A DNA stretch of 64,000 nt from an uncultured virus (IMG/VR IMGVR_UViG_3300006737_000026) (IMGVR_UViG_3300006737_000026); one strand, 5' to 3'; positions 10,043-19,525 are shown, counted from the stretch's first letter. Notes: generated from the letters alone by a model not told the origin. Made by a program: numbers and translations.

Positions 10043-11071
10043 ATGTCTGAGACCCTCGATAAAGAGTTAGATAATATGGAGCAAGTGGACGAAGGCTCTA
10101 ACCCTGTCACCAAAAACGCAAAACCTGGTGAGAAAATTGACACCTCTAAAGGTGGCGCAACCAAAGTTATCGACGTTAACACCGATTCGGAAGAAGGTGC
10201 TAAAGGTACGAAGAACGCTGGTGCATCTGCTGCAAACGCAGTGAAGCACGAAGGTTCTAAATCTTTGAGCACGAAACCTTCTGCCGCATCATCTAAAATG
10301 GAGGACGTAGAGGAAGATGGCGAAGAAACAATCGCTGAAACCAAGTACGACTTTACTGAAGATGTTAACGCTCTTGTCGCTGGTGAAGACCTCTCAGAAG
10401 AATTCCGAGAGCGTGCTGCAACAATCTTTGAAGCAGCAGTAACCGCTAAGGTTAACGACGAAGTAAAAGCGTTGCAAGAAGCGTTTGAAACCACGCTGAC
10501 TGAAGAAGTCGAAAAGGTTCAAACAGAATTGGCCGAGAAGGTTGACGATTATCTCTCTTATGCCGCTGAGAACTGGATGAAGGAAAATGCTCTCCAGATC
10601 GAACACGGCATTAAGACCGAGATGGCAGAATCGTTCTTCAACGGTCTAAAAGGTCTTTTCATCGAACACAATTTCAGTGTTCCTGAGGAGAAGTTTAACC
10701 TGCTAGATGGAATGGCAGGTGAGCTTGATGATATGGAAGCTAAACTCAACGAGCAAATCGACACCAACGTATCTTTGAACAAGAGAATTGGTGAGTTTGT
10801 CAAAATGGAAATTGTGAACGAATGCGCTACGGGACTCGCTGAGACCCAGAAGGAGAAGCTTGCTTCTCTCGCAGAGGGTGTTGAGTTTGAAACTGAAGAA
10901 GATTTTCGTAAGAAAGTCGAAACGATTAAGGAATCCTACTTCACTAGAAAGGCTGAACTTGCTGAGTCAGTAAGCGACCCCTCTGAAGAAGCAGCGGAAC
11001 CCCTTGTCGAAGAAACAGTTAGCGGCTCGATGTCGAAATACGTCGATGCTCTCGCTCGCTGGTCCAAATAA
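10043..11071 (+). CDS. g22: prohead core scaffold protein gp22
   Basis: LSEEFRERAATIFEAAV, acidic coiled coil, lies between g21 and g23. Confidence 0.93.
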   Translation: MSETLDKELDNMEQVDEGSNPVTKNAKPGEKIDTSKGGATKVIDVNTDSEEGAKGTKNAGASAANAVKHEGSKSLSTKPSAASSKMEDVEEDGEETIAETKYDFTEDVNALVAGEDLSEEFRERAATIFEAAVTAKVNDEVKALQEAFETTLTEEVEKVQTELAEKVDDYLSYAAENWMKENALQIEHGIKTEMAESFFNGLKGLFIEHNFSVPEEKFNLLDGMAGELDDMEAKLNEQIDTNVSLNKRIGEFVKMEIVNECATGLAETQKEKLASLAEGVEFETEEDFRKKVETIKESYFTRKAELAESVSDPSEEAAEPLVEETVSGSMSKYVDALARWSK

Positions 11072-11107
11072 TTAACTTTACTACTAACTTTCGGAGTAAC
11101 AAATCAA

Positions 11108-12493
11108 ATGGCTGATTTAAAGCAACTCCAAGAGAAGTGGGCACCCGTTCTGAATCACGACGCTCTCCCTGAGATCGAAGATTCCCATAAGCGCGGCGTT
11201 GTTGCACAACTCCTGGAAAACCAAGAAAAAGCACAAGTCGAAGAGGGTCAAATCCTCAATGAGACTTTACAAACAACTGGCTACACTGGTAGCAGCACAG
11301 CGACTGGTCCTGTTGCAGGTTTCGACCCTGTACTGATCTCACTGATCAGACGCTCTATGCCCCAACTGATCGCTTACGATATCGCAGGCGTTCAACCGAT
11401 GACTGGTCCTACTGGACTGATCTTCGCAATGCGTACCAACTATGGTGCTGAAAGAGATCCTAATGCAGGCGGTTACGACGAAGCATTCTTCAACGAGCCC
11501 AACGCTGGATTCTCTGGTGGCGCAGGTAACGCATACGATCCTGGCGCTTCTAGCTCCGCTAACAACGATGCTGAGGGTAACAACCCTGGTCTTCTCAACG
11601 ATTCCCCTGCTGGAACCTATGAGCTGACTGGCGATGCTCAAGGCATGTCAACATCAACCGCTGAAGGACTTGACGACAGCAACGCAACCAACACGGCATT
11701 CCGTGAGATGGGTTTCTCAATCGAGAAAGTCACCGTTACTGCGAAGTCTAGAGCACTGAAAGCTGAATACAGCATCGAACTCGCACAAGACCTGAAGGCG
11801 ATTCATGGTCTGGATGCTGAGCAAGAGCTTGCTAACATCCTCAGCACTGAGATCCTGGCAGAAATCAACCGTGAAGTTGTTCGTACAATCTTCACCAACG
11901 CTGTTGCTGGTGCTCAGAACAATACCGCTAACGCTGGTATCTTCGACCTGGACGTTGACTCCAACGGCAGATGGTCTGTTGAGAAGTTCAAAGGACTTCT
12001 GTTCCAGATCGAAAGAGATGCTAACGCAATCGGTCAGCAAACTCGTCGCGGGAAGGGCAACATCCTCATCTGCTCTGCAGACGTTGCTTCTGCTCTCGGC
12101 ATGGCTGGTGTTCTTGACTACACCCCTGCTCTTGCTGGTAACAACGGTCTGACTGCAGTTGATGATACCTCCAGCACTCTGGTTGGTACGCTCAACGGTC
12201 GCATCAAGGTCTATGTTGATCCTTATTCTGCAAACGTTGCTGATAAGCACTTCTACGTTGCAGGTTATAAGGGTACTTCTCCTTATGACGCTGGTCTGTT
12301 CTATTGCCCTTACGTTCCTCTTCAGCAGGTTCGTGCGATCAACCCGAACACCTTCCAGCCCAAGATTGGCTTCAAGACCCGCTACGGCATGGTCTCCAAT
12401 CCCTTCTCTGGTGGTCTTACTCAAGGCAGTGGCGCTCTTACCGCTAATGCTAACAAGTATTACCGTCGTGTGCAGGTCGCAAACCTCATGTGA
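11108..12493 (+). CDS. g23: major capsid protein gp23
   Basis: LQEKWAPVL, GVQPMTGPTGLIFAMR, DLKAIHGLDAE, FQPKIGFKTRYG. Confidence 0.99.
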   Translation: MADLKQLQEKWAPVLNHDALPEIEDSHKRGVVAQLLENQEKAQVEEGQILNETLQTTGYTGSSTATGPVAGFDPVLISLIRRSMPQLIAYDIAGVQPMTGPTGLIFAMRTNYGAERDPNAGGYDEAFFNEPNAGFSGGAGNAYDPGASSSANNDAEGNNPGLLNDSPAGTYELTGDAQGMSTSTAEGLDDSNATNTAFREMGFSIEKVTVTAKSRALKAEYSIELAQDLKAIHGLDAEQELANILSTEILAEINREVVRTIFTNAVAGAQNNTANAGIFDLDVDSNGRWSVEKFKGLLFQIERDANAIGQQTRRGKGNILICSADVASALGMAGVLDYTPALAGNNGLTAVDDTSSTLVGTLNGRIKVYVDPYSANVADKHFYVAGYKGTSPYDAGLFYCPYVPLQQVRAINPNTFQPKIGFKTRYGMVSNPFSGGLTQGSGALTANANKYYRRVQVANLM

Positions 12494-12520
12494 TAAATAT
12501 CTCAAGTTCGAGATGGATCA

Positions 12521-12548
12521 AGAGACCCTACGGGGTCTCTTTTTTTTT
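12521..12548 (+). terminator. intrinsic terminator after g23
   Basis: AGAGACCC-TACG-GGGTCTCT plus a long T run. Confidence 0.9.
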
Positions 12549-12563
12549 GTTAACATACTTTCA

Positions 12564-12579
12564 TGTAGTAATGAATACA
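12564..12579. promoter_or_regulatory. NtcA-type binding site
   Basis: TGTA-gtaatgaa-TACA is an exact GTA-N8-TAC in intergenic DNA. Confidence 0.55.
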
Positions 12580-12708
12580 AAAATCACATGTTGTTTAGTC
12601 AAGTCAGAAAACGCACACAACTTGCATAAGTAGTAATAGAATTAAGCGAGGTGGAAAAATGATCCCTAACCTTACCTATATTATTGATACCAGATACGGA
12701 GTGAGATC

Positions 12709-12882
12709 ATGCACAACATACTTTCGCGCAACCAGTTAGACGAATGGCGTCACTTTGAAGGCACCATCGACGAAGTTGAGATCGAAAATCAAAAACTCAA
12801 TGACTACTATGAATGTCTGATTGAATGCGACATATCAAATCAAACTCAATGCAAAAGAATATGTAAGGGGGTTCTTATGTAA
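12709..12882 (+). CDS. small Cys-rich protein (57 aa, two CxxxC)
   Basis: Manual translation MHNILSRNQLDEWRHFEG...DYYECLIECDISNQTQCKRICKGVLM; GGAG upstream. Confidence 0.75.
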   Translation: MHNILSRNQLDEWRHFEGTIDEVEIENQKLNDYYECLIECDISNQTQCKRICKGVLM

Positions 12883-12923
12883 TCAAAGCTCCATAAATAC
12901 TCTTACCGTGTGAAGGAAGTACC

Positions 12924-12950
12924 GAGGGGTTTCGCCACCCCTCTTTTTTT
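12924..12950 (+). terminator. intrinsic terminator
   Basis: GAGGGGT-TTCGCC-ACCCCTC-T7. Confidence 0.85.
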
Positions 12951-12983
12951 ATGCTAAATATTTTCATACCTGATATTTACATC

Positions 12984-13181
12984 ATGGATTATAAACCCTA
13001 TTCCCCTGAGTGGCATCGCAAGAGATACCTGAAAGAAGCACTAGATAAGTATCTCGACGAATACGTCCCGAACCAAGTAATTTGTGATGACATCTTGAGT
13101 ATTCTCTCTGAAAGATCTGAGTCAGCATATGCTGAATGGAATAAAACAGAAGAACTCTCTGAGATGATTCATTCTAAATAA
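12984..13181 (+). CDS. hypothetical phage protein
   Basis: MDYKPYSPEWHRKRYLKEALD; CTAAATA late-promoter variant upstream. Confidence 0.65.
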   Translation: MDYKPYSPEWHRKRYLKEALDKYLDEYVPNQVICDDILSILSERSESAYAEWNKTEELSEMIHSK

Positions 13182-13202
13182 CACTGTATCTGGTGTAAAC
13201 TT

Positions 13203-13517
13203 ATGCTTTCAACAGCGTACAGACTCCGCTTGGAGTCTATTTGTAGGTGTATCGCTAACAACGAAGAAGTCCCGTTAGAGGACATGATATGGGCAGAGAA
13301 ACTTGCCAAGTCTTATACAACTGCTAGAGAATGGTTGCAAAAAGCACGTCGACAATCTTCTCAGAATATTCAAGAAGGCAGTATGGATGATTTTATGAAT
13401 AGGATGGGACTAGGTGACCCCGACCCATCCAATCACAAAACGGGGTTCGGTGGTGCTGATGAAATTGTTGATTGGTTTCAACGCGACAAACCTGATGACT
13501 GGAGGCAACGTGATTAA
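13203..13517 (+). CDS. hypothetical cyanophage protein
   Basis: Clean ORF MLSTAYRLRLESICRCIA...DWRQRD. Confidence 0.7.
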   Translation: MLSTAYRLRLESICRCIANNEEVPLEDMIWAEKLAKSYTTAREWLQKARRQSSQNIQEGSMDDFMNRMGLGDPDPSNHKTGFGGADEIVDWFQRDKPDDWRQRD

Positions 13518-13716
13518 AATTACACCCCAAACATATATCGATATGAACAAAGAGTTTGAAGAAGAGGGGACTGCTGTTAGAATTGAAGTACCTACACAGG
13601 AACAGATTGATGCATGGAAAGATCGTATAGATCCAGACATGCACAAAAGAACTGTTGAACCTGTGGATATGGTACAACAAATGTGGGACGCTATCGGAGG
13701 CAGACCTAATGAATGA
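13510..13716 (+). CDS. hypothetical protein
   Basis: GTG start after GGAGG (VIKITPQTY...). Confidence 0.55.
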   Translation: MIKITPQTYIDMNKEFEEEGTAVRIEVPTQEQIDAWKDRIDPDMHKRTVEPVDMVQQMWDAIGGRPNE

Positions 13717-13894
13717 AGATCCAAGAGAAAGGAACGAACGAAAATGGCAAGAGGCAACTAACAAAGTTATTGCTGCCAATTTAGTTGACAACCTAGAAAA
13801 ACTTTTAGATGGTAAAGCAGCACAGTATGTGTGCTCTGACAAATACACAACCCATGAAAAAATTGTAATCACCTACAACCACCAGAAAAAATGA
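13709..13894 (+). CDS. hypothetical protein
   Basis: GGAGG RBS; coupled to its neighbours. Confidence 0.6.
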   Translation: MNEDPRERNERKWQEATNKVIAANLVDNLEKLLDGKAAQYVCSDKYTTHEKIVITYNHQKK

Positions 13895-14130
13895 AAGCAA
13901 TTATCTACAGCAACGGCAATCAAGAATGCGAGCGGTCAGAAGCATTGTTAGAAGCAGTGCATCAAGATACTATTGTTTATAAATTAGGTCAGGATTTTAC
14001 TGAGACACAGTTTCGTGATGAGTTTGGAGATGAGGCAGAGTACCCTATGATTGCTTTGGGGATGCACTACCGTGGAACTCTCAAAGAAACTCTGCATTAC
14101 ATGGGTGAAAAAGGAATGCTTTTGGTGTGA
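13891..14130 (+). CDS. glutaredoxin-like protein (degenerate active site)
   Basis: IIYSNGNQECER...FTETQFRDEFG..AEYPMI resembles a phage Grx; only one Cys. Confidence 0.55.
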   Translation: MKAIIYSNGNQECERSEALLEAVHQDTIVYKLGQDFTETQFRDEFGDEAEYPMIALGMHYRGTLKETLHYMGEKGMLLV

Positions 14131-14157
14131 CTAAATAACTATACCGACACCTAGATT

Positions 14158-14790
14158 ATGATTACTGATATTCAATTTGAAGACTTCATCGGTATCTTCG
14201 ATACTGAATTCAATCCTGCAGAATTCATCAATTACTTTGATCACTGTAAGGAATGTAATATTGCTTTCGACCGAAAAGGATTTGTCCAGAACGGAAAGAA
14301 ATTAGCAGACAGTAGAAAAGATGCTTGTCTTCCTATTGATTATTTCATGGATGAAACTAATGCTCCACCTGAAATGGAGACTTTCATGATTGATAAAAAC
14401 TTGAATGCACTGTATTTGAAAAGATACAATCAAGTTTTAAATCAAGCAATGAATGAATATGCAGCAAAGTATGAACGTTTAACGTCATACCAATTACAAT
14501 CCGCATATCTGAATATCCAAAAGACTCCAAAGACTGGAGGATATCATTACTGGCATTGTGAGGATTCCAGTCAGGGATCTACCAGAAGAGTTCTGGCACA
14601 TATGATGTATCTAAATGATGTAGAGGAAGGAGGAGAAACCGAATTCCTATATCTCTCTAAGAGATACAAACCTATCAAAGGAAGACTATTGATTTGGCCA
14701 GGTGGATTTACACACACCCATAGAGGCAATCCCCCTCTCAGTGGTGATAAGTATGTTGCAACTGGTTGGGTAGAAAACGTCAAACTCTAA
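14158..14790 (+). CDS. 2OG-Fe(II) oxygenase
   Basis: [35 protein letters not shown]. Confidence 0.9.
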   Translation: MITDIQFEDFIGIFDTEFNPAEFINYFDHCKECNIAFDRKGFVQNGKKLADSRKDACLPIDYFMDETNAPPEMETFMIDKNLNALYLKRYNQVLNQAMNEYAAKYERLTSYQLQSAYLNIQKTPKTGGYHYWHCEDSSQGSTRRVLAHMMYLNDVEEGGETEFLYLSKRYKPIKGRLLIWPGGFTHTHRGNPPLSGDKYVATGWVENVKL

Positions 14791-14794
14791 GGAA

Positions 14795-15343
14795 ATGGCA
14801 AACTGGTATCAAGACCAACTAACAAATAAAAATTACCTTTCTCCTATCGGGTTTATCTTTATGCTCGAAAAGGCAACTAAGGCATCGTTTTTATGTCAGA
14901 AGGCAGAGATTCCCACGATGAGTTTGGGTGAAGTTAACATTCCAACTCGTGGTTTAGTACCGATCCCTGTTGAGGGAAACATGAGGTATGGAGATCTTAC
15001 TATCACATTCATTGTGGATGAAGATCTTAGGAACTACATGGAACTGCATAACTGGATGAGAGCACTGGGTACTCCTCAAGAGTTATCAGAAAGAGGTAGG
15101 TGGAGAGACGCAAATAGAAATGATGGATCACAGGATCCTAGGTTCTCTGATGCAACCTTACAAATTTTGAATAACAATAACAACGTGAATTTTGATGTTG
15201 TGTTCAAAAGTTTGTTCCCTGTAGAGTTATCCACACTTTCATTTGATGTCACGGGAGGCGATAATGAATACTTCACCGCAACCTGTACCTTCAAATACAC
15301 AATCTTTGAAGTAAGGAATAAGAACAGTCAGACAAAACGATGA
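14795..15343 (+). CDS. g3: tail completion / sheath stabilizer gp3
   Basis: NYLSPIGF, YGDLTITFIVDEDLRNYMELHNWM, T4 synteny before uvsY. Confidence 0.88.
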   Translation: MANWYQDQLTNKNYLSPIGFIFMLEKATKASFLCQKAEIPTMSLGEVNIPTRGLVPIPVEGNMRYGDLTITFIVDEDLRNYMELHNWMRALGTPQELSERGRWRDANRNDGSQDPRFSDATLQILNNNNNVNFDVVFKSLFPVELSTLSFDVTGGDNEYFTATCTFKYTIFEVRNKNSQTKR

Positions 15344-15504
15344 TAGAATGGAGACAGTATATGCTAGACAATTGGGTTCTTGATCCTAGAGAAAGAAAAC
15401 TTCTACAGGATGGACCCAAGAGTTTAGCACAAGCATGGCATTTGCAAGCACTTAAGTATCGTTATGAATCTAGAAAACCTTCAGGAGATGTGGAAGAAAG
15501 ATAG
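15340..15504 (+). CDS. hypothetical protein (54 aa)
   Basis: ATGA-coupled to g3; MIEWRQYMLDNW...GPKSLAQAWHLQALK. Confidence 0.55.
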   Translation: MIEWRQYMLDNWVLDPRERKLLQDGPKSLAQAWHLQALKYRYESRKPSGDVEER

Positions 15505-15892
15505 TAAGATCGATAACGATCTCTACTGTGAAGAATCCACAAAGATCCCACAACTTCATATGAGATATATGGAGTTTTTTAATACCTTCTCACTAATGAA
15601 GAAAGAACGTGAGTTGGAAATGCGTCGAATGACGAAAGAAAAATGGTTGTACTACAAGGGTAAAGCACCTGCCCAGAAGTACAAAGAGATGCCCTTTGAT
15701 TTGAAGTTAACTACAAGGGAAGAGATCTCTATGTTTATTGATGCCGATGAGGACATCACAAAATTACAGTACAAAATAGACTACATAGAAACAGTTCTAG
15801 CATTCCTAGAAGGGGTGTTGCGGCAGATCAACAACCGCAATTTTCAAATCAAGAATGCTATTGAATGGGAGAAATTTAAAAGTGGTTTCTAA
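15464..15892 (+). CDS. uvsY: recombination mediator UvsY
   Basis: QEMWKKDSKID, KWLYYKGKA, RNFQIKNAIEW. Confidence 0.92.
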   Translation: MNLENLQEMWKKDSKIDNDLYCEESTKIPQLHMRYMEFFNTFSLMKKERELEMRRMTKEKWLYYKGKAPAQKYKEMPFDLKLTTREEISMFIDADEDITKLQYKIDYIETVLAFLEGVLRQINNRNFQIKNAIEWEKFKSGF

Positions 15893-16437
15893 TGAATTAT
15901 GGACTGTACTACAAAGAAGTAGAATTTAATCAGCAAGCGAAAAAGATTGTAAATGATGCGATCTCTGGTGACTTAAATTGGAATAGAGGTAAGTTACACA
16001 GTAGTCAGAGATCTACAAGGAGTTCAGAAGTAGCATGGTTGGGAGATCAAAATCTTCTAGCCATGCTTTTGCGTATGGTTAAATCTGTCAATAGAACTGC
16101 ACACTGGAATTTAAATATTGGTGGCATAGAACCAGTTCAATTTGGTATCTATGGTGAGGGAGACTTTTACGACTGGCATGTGGATCAACATCCAAAACCT
16201 GTCAGGGGAATGGTGAGAAAGATTAGTATGACTCTCTTCTTAAATAATGATTACGAAGGAGGCGAGTTTGATTTGGAGATATATAGACCAGATGCAGACC
16301 CAAGGTATAAAACTTTTAAGTTAAAACCTTGGTCTGCTATTTTTTTCCAAGGGGATCAATGGCATAGGGTTCGCCCTATCACCTCTGGAGTTAGAAAGTC
16401 AATTGTAGCATGGTTTTATGGACCTCCTTATTCGTAA
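15892..16437 (+). CDS. 2OG-Fe(II) oxygenase (PKHD-like)
   Basis: FYDWHVD, RKISMTLFLNNDYEGGEF, WHRVRPITSGVRKSIVAW. Confidence 0.9.
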   Translation: MNYGLYYKEVEFNQQAKKIVNDAISGDLNWNRGKLHSSQRSTRSSEVAWLGDQNLLAMLLRMVKSVNRTAHWNLNIGGIEPVQFGIYGEGDFYDWHVDQHPKPVRGMVRKISMTLFLNNDYEGGEFDLEIYRPDADPRYKTFKLKPWSAIFFQGDQWHRVRPITSGVRKSIVAWFYGPPYS

Positions 16438-17890
16438 GAAGAATGAAGTGTATTTGCAGGTTGAGGCAGAACCTCACATCAATTATGAACTAGCAGACTT
16501 CTTCACCTTTGAAGTTGAGTCTGCAAAATACATGCAGAAAGCAAGAAGATATAAAGGATGGGATGGTAAGATCCGTCTCTATTCGCCAGGTACAGGAGAG
16601 ATCTATTGTGGTCTTATTGACTACTTAATGGATTGGGCGGATGAGAAAGGATACAAATATGCAATGGAGGACTCAAAGTATTTTGGTCATCCACTAAGTG
16701 AGAATGGGATGATTACTCCCAAGTCGGTTGTAGGGTTCGTAAAATCACTGCACCTACCCCCGAGTCTGAAGGTAAGGGACTATCAATATAAAGCGATCTA
16801 CGAAGCACTGAAACATAATAGAAGGTTGCTGCTGTCGCCCACAGCATCAGGCAAATCGTTAATGATTTATGCATTGGTGAGATTTCATACTAATGTTAAC
16901 AGGAACGTTCTAATCGTAGTACCTACTACTTCTCTCGTCGAGCAGATGTATAAGGACTTTGAAGAATACGGATGGATGGCGACCAAAGACTGCCACAAAA
17001 TATATGCGGGGCAAGAAAAATATACGGATCATAGCGTGGTAATTACCACTTGGCAATCTATCTACAAGGAACCTAGAAAGTGGTTCGATAGGTTCGATGT
17101 AGTGATTGGGGATGAGGCGCACCAGTTCAAAGCTAAGTCTTTGACTACGCTGATGTCTAAGTTGCATGAGTGCAAATACAGAATTGGTTTTACAGGAACA
17201 TTGGACGGTGCAAACGTCAATCAACTTGTATTAGAAGGATTGTTCGGACGTTGCTCTCAGGTCACAAGAACTAACCAGTTGATGAAAGCGGGGCATGTCG
17301 CCAAATTAAAAGTCAAAATCATTCTCCTCAAACATGAGGAACAACTTTTTGAGGGTTATCAGGATGAGATTGGATATCTAGTTGAGCATGAAGGACGGAA
17401 TAAATTTATCCGCAATCTTGCATGTGATCTAAAAGGGAATACTCTCATCCTTTTCAACTATGTAGAACGTCACGGAGTTCCCCTTTACGAGTTGATAAAT
17501 AGTAACACAGATCAACCTGTACATTTTGTACATGGTGGAGTTGATGTTGATGATAGAGAAGAGATCCGCAGACTAACTGAGGTATCTGATAACTCTATTA
17601 TTATTGCATCCTATGGCACCTTTTCCACTGGGATCAACATCAAAAGATTACACAACGTTATTTTTGCTAGTCCTTCTAAGTCCCGAGTGAGGAACCTTCA
17701 ATCTATAGGTCGTGTTCTGAGGAAAGGCGAAAACAAATCACAAGCAACATTATATGATATTGCTGATGACATCTCCACGGACAGAGGCAACAACTATACC
17801 CTCAATCATCTAATGGAGAGAGTCAAAGTTTATAACGAAGAAAAATTTAATTATGAAATCATAGATGTAAAAGTAAAAACTTATGATTAA
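16418..17890 (+). CDS. uvsW: SF2 DNA helicase UvsW
   Basis: SPTASGKS, GDEAH, GFTGT, QSIGRVLR. Confidence 0.96.
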   Translation: MDLLIRKKNEVYLQVEAEPHINYELADFFTFEVESAKYMQKARRYKGWDGKIRLYSPGTGEIYCGLIDYLMDWADEKGYKYAMEDSKYFGHPLSENGMITPKSVVGFVKSLHLPPSLKVRDYQYKAIYEALKHNRRLLLSPTASGKSLMIYALVRFHTNVNRNVLIVVPTTSLVEQMYKDFEEYGWMATKDCHKIYAGQEKYTDHSVVITTWQSIYKEPRKWFDRFDVVIGDEAHQFKAKSLTTLMSKLHECKYRIGFTGTLDGANVNQLVLEGLFGRCSQVTRTNQLMKAGHVAKLKVKIILLKHEEQLFEGYQDEIGYLVEHEGRNKFIRNLACDLKGNTLILFNYVERHGVPLYELINSNTDQPVHFVHGGVDVDDREEIRRLTEVSDNSIIIASYGTFSTGINIKRLHNVIFASPSKSRVRNLQSIGRVLRKGENKSQATLYDIADDISTDRGNNYTLNHLMERVKVYNEEKFNYEIIDVKVKTYD

Positions 17891-18317
17891 TTACGCACGA
17901 CATGATGAAGAGTTCTACGGTATTTTCAAATTAGTTAACGGTGAGGAAGTTCTCGGCAAAGCAGTTGCAACAGAAGACAATGGTGAAACATTGATCTTCA
18001 TACAGGATCCTGTCTCTGTACATGCTGTTACCAAAGAGGTTGGTGAGACAAAGGTTGTTCGCGGTGTAGGTTTTGCGAAGTGGATGCAGATGTCTGATGA
18101 AGAGTTTTTCATTCTTAGAGAAAAAGATATCATCACCGTCGCGTCTATGAGCAAAGAAGTCATACTCATGTATGAAGCATACATTCTAGGTGAAGATGTC
18201 GCGTCCAAAAAAATGTCCCAGAACCAAGCGGATATCAAACAAACCGCAGGGTATCTAGGAAAAATAAATGAAGCGCGTGCTCTCTTTGAAAAGATGTATA
18301 AAGGAAATAATAGCTAA
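17883..18317 (+). CDS. conserved T4-like hypothetical protein (Sm-like fold likely)
   Basis: IFKLVNGEEV N-terminus; sits between uvsW and g55. Confidence 0.7.
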   Translation: MINYARHDEEFYGIFKLVNGEEVLGKAVATEDNGETLIFIQDPVSVHAVTKEVGETKVVRGVGFAKWMQMSDEEFFILREKDIITVASMSKEVILMYEAYILGEDVASKKMSQNQADIKQTAGYLGKINEARALFEKMYKGNNS

Positions 18318-18343
18318 GACAACCCTTGAACCCTTACAGTGTT

Positions 18344-18372
18344 ATTGTACTTGGAATTGACAAGTTTGTCAA
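18344..18372 (-). promoter_or_regulatory. divergent sigma70-type promoter (antisense to the upstream gene)
   Basis: Minus strand TTGACA (18372-18367)-17nt-TACAAT (18349-18344). Confidence 0.55.
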
Positions 18373-18384
18373 GTATGTTATAAT
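18357..18384 (+). promoter_or_regulatory. sigma70-type promoter for g55
   Basis: TTGACA-16nt-TATAAT with a TG extension. Confidence 0.8.
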
Positions 18385-18406
18385 GTAAACAACGCAAAAG
18401 ATTTAT

Positions 18407-18877
18407 ATGAAATCGGCACCCAAGAAAAAACAACACTACGTTGATAACCAAGAATTCCTTGCTGCTATCATCAAATACAAGGAAAAGGTTGAGATCGCCA
18501 AGATCAAGGGTCTGCCGAAACCTCGTGTGAATAATTACATTGGTGGTTGCTTCCTGAAGATTGCAACTCACTTGTCATATAGACCAAACTTCATTAACTA
18601 CATGTACAAGGATGACATGGTTTGTGATGGTATTGAAAACTGTATTCAGTACATCGATAACTTTGATCCTGCAAAAAGTAGAAACCCATTCGCGTATTTT
18701 ACACAGATTGTATACTATGCCTTCCTGAGACGGATCGCTAAAGAGAAGCGTCAGATGGATATCAAGGACAAGATTCTGGAGAAATCAGGTTACGATCACG
18801 TCTTTACCGTTGACGGGGACGCACATTCCGACTATAATCATATCAAGTCCCGTGTTGAGATGAACAGCAAACGCTGA
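18407..18877 (+). CDS. g55: late transcription sigma factor gp55
   Basis: HYVDNQEF, HLSYRPNFINY, NPFAYFTQIVYYAFLRRIAKEK. Confidence 0.96.
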   Translation: MKSAPKKKQHYVDNQEFLAAIIKYKEKVEIAKIKGLPKPRVNNYIGGCFLKIATHLSYRPNFINYMYKDDMVCDGIENCIQYIDNFDPAKSRNPFAYFTQIVYYAFLRRIAKEKRQMDIKDKILEKSGYDHVFTVDGDAHSDYNHIKSRVEMNSKR

Positions 18878-19524
18878 TGTACCCCATTCTTATCCAAGAT
18901 AATTTCTTTGATTATCCCGACAGGGTAGTTGAGTATGCAAACTCACTACCCTTTTTCCCTGGAAATGGGAACTGGCCAGGCAAGCGCACTGCGCCACTGA
19001 ACACTATCAATGAAGTTCTTCATCAGGAGATTTGTACCAGCATACTAAAGATCTTCTATCCAGAAGACAACTACATGTATGTTGCTGAATTGTGTTTCCA
19101 AAAGATTGAACCCTTTAGTGAAGATCAATACGATATCAAAAACAGGGGATGGATTCATCGAGACGAGAACTATCAGTTTGGTGGTATCATTTATCTGAAT
19201 AAAGATCCTGAACCCGATACTGGTACGTCAGTATATGAATCCAAAACATTAACAGGTAATCGCTCAAATATTGATGAAGACTGTAAGGTTCGATTCTATC
19301 AAGGGCAACCAGTTTCTGACGAAGAGTATGAAAGACATTTTTATTCGACGCCTGATAAGTGGAAAGAAACTGTAAGAGTTGAGAATGTTTATAATAGATT
19401 GTTTATGTTCAATAGTAAAACTTTCCATGGAGTTAACACCTTTGGCACTAGGGAAAGATTGACCTTATCCTTTTTCTTTAAAGAAGTTTGTTCTAGTAAA
19501 TTTACTCCTCCTGGAATTCGTTAG
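18877..19524 (+). CDS. 2OG-Fe(II) oxygenase-like protein
   Basis: GWIHRD, GIIYLN, GTSVY, NRLFMF..FHG, RLTLSFF. Confidence 0.7.
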   Translation: MYPILIQDNFFDYPDRVVEYANSLPFFPGNGNWPGKRTAPLNTINEVLHQEICTSILKIFYPEDNYMYVAELCFQKIEPFSEDQYDIKNRGWIHRDENYQFGGIIYLNKDPEPDTGTSVYESKTLTGNRSNIDEDCKVRFYQGQPVSDEEYERHFYSTPDKWKETVRVENVYNRLFMFNSKTFHGVNTFGTRERLTLSFFFKEVCSSKFTPPGIR

Positions 19525-19525
19525 T

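Noticed and set aside
11717..12505. Long minus-strand ORF opposite g23, and similar antisense ORFs opposite g17, g18, g21, g22, g44 and psbA
   Set aside because: Shadow frames of highly biased sense genes; no recognisable motif or expression signal.
12709..12882. CP12 assignment for the Cys-rich mini-protein
   Set aside because: Lacks the AWDxVEEL core and the C-terminal CxxxPxxxEC pattern; cysteine spacing differs.
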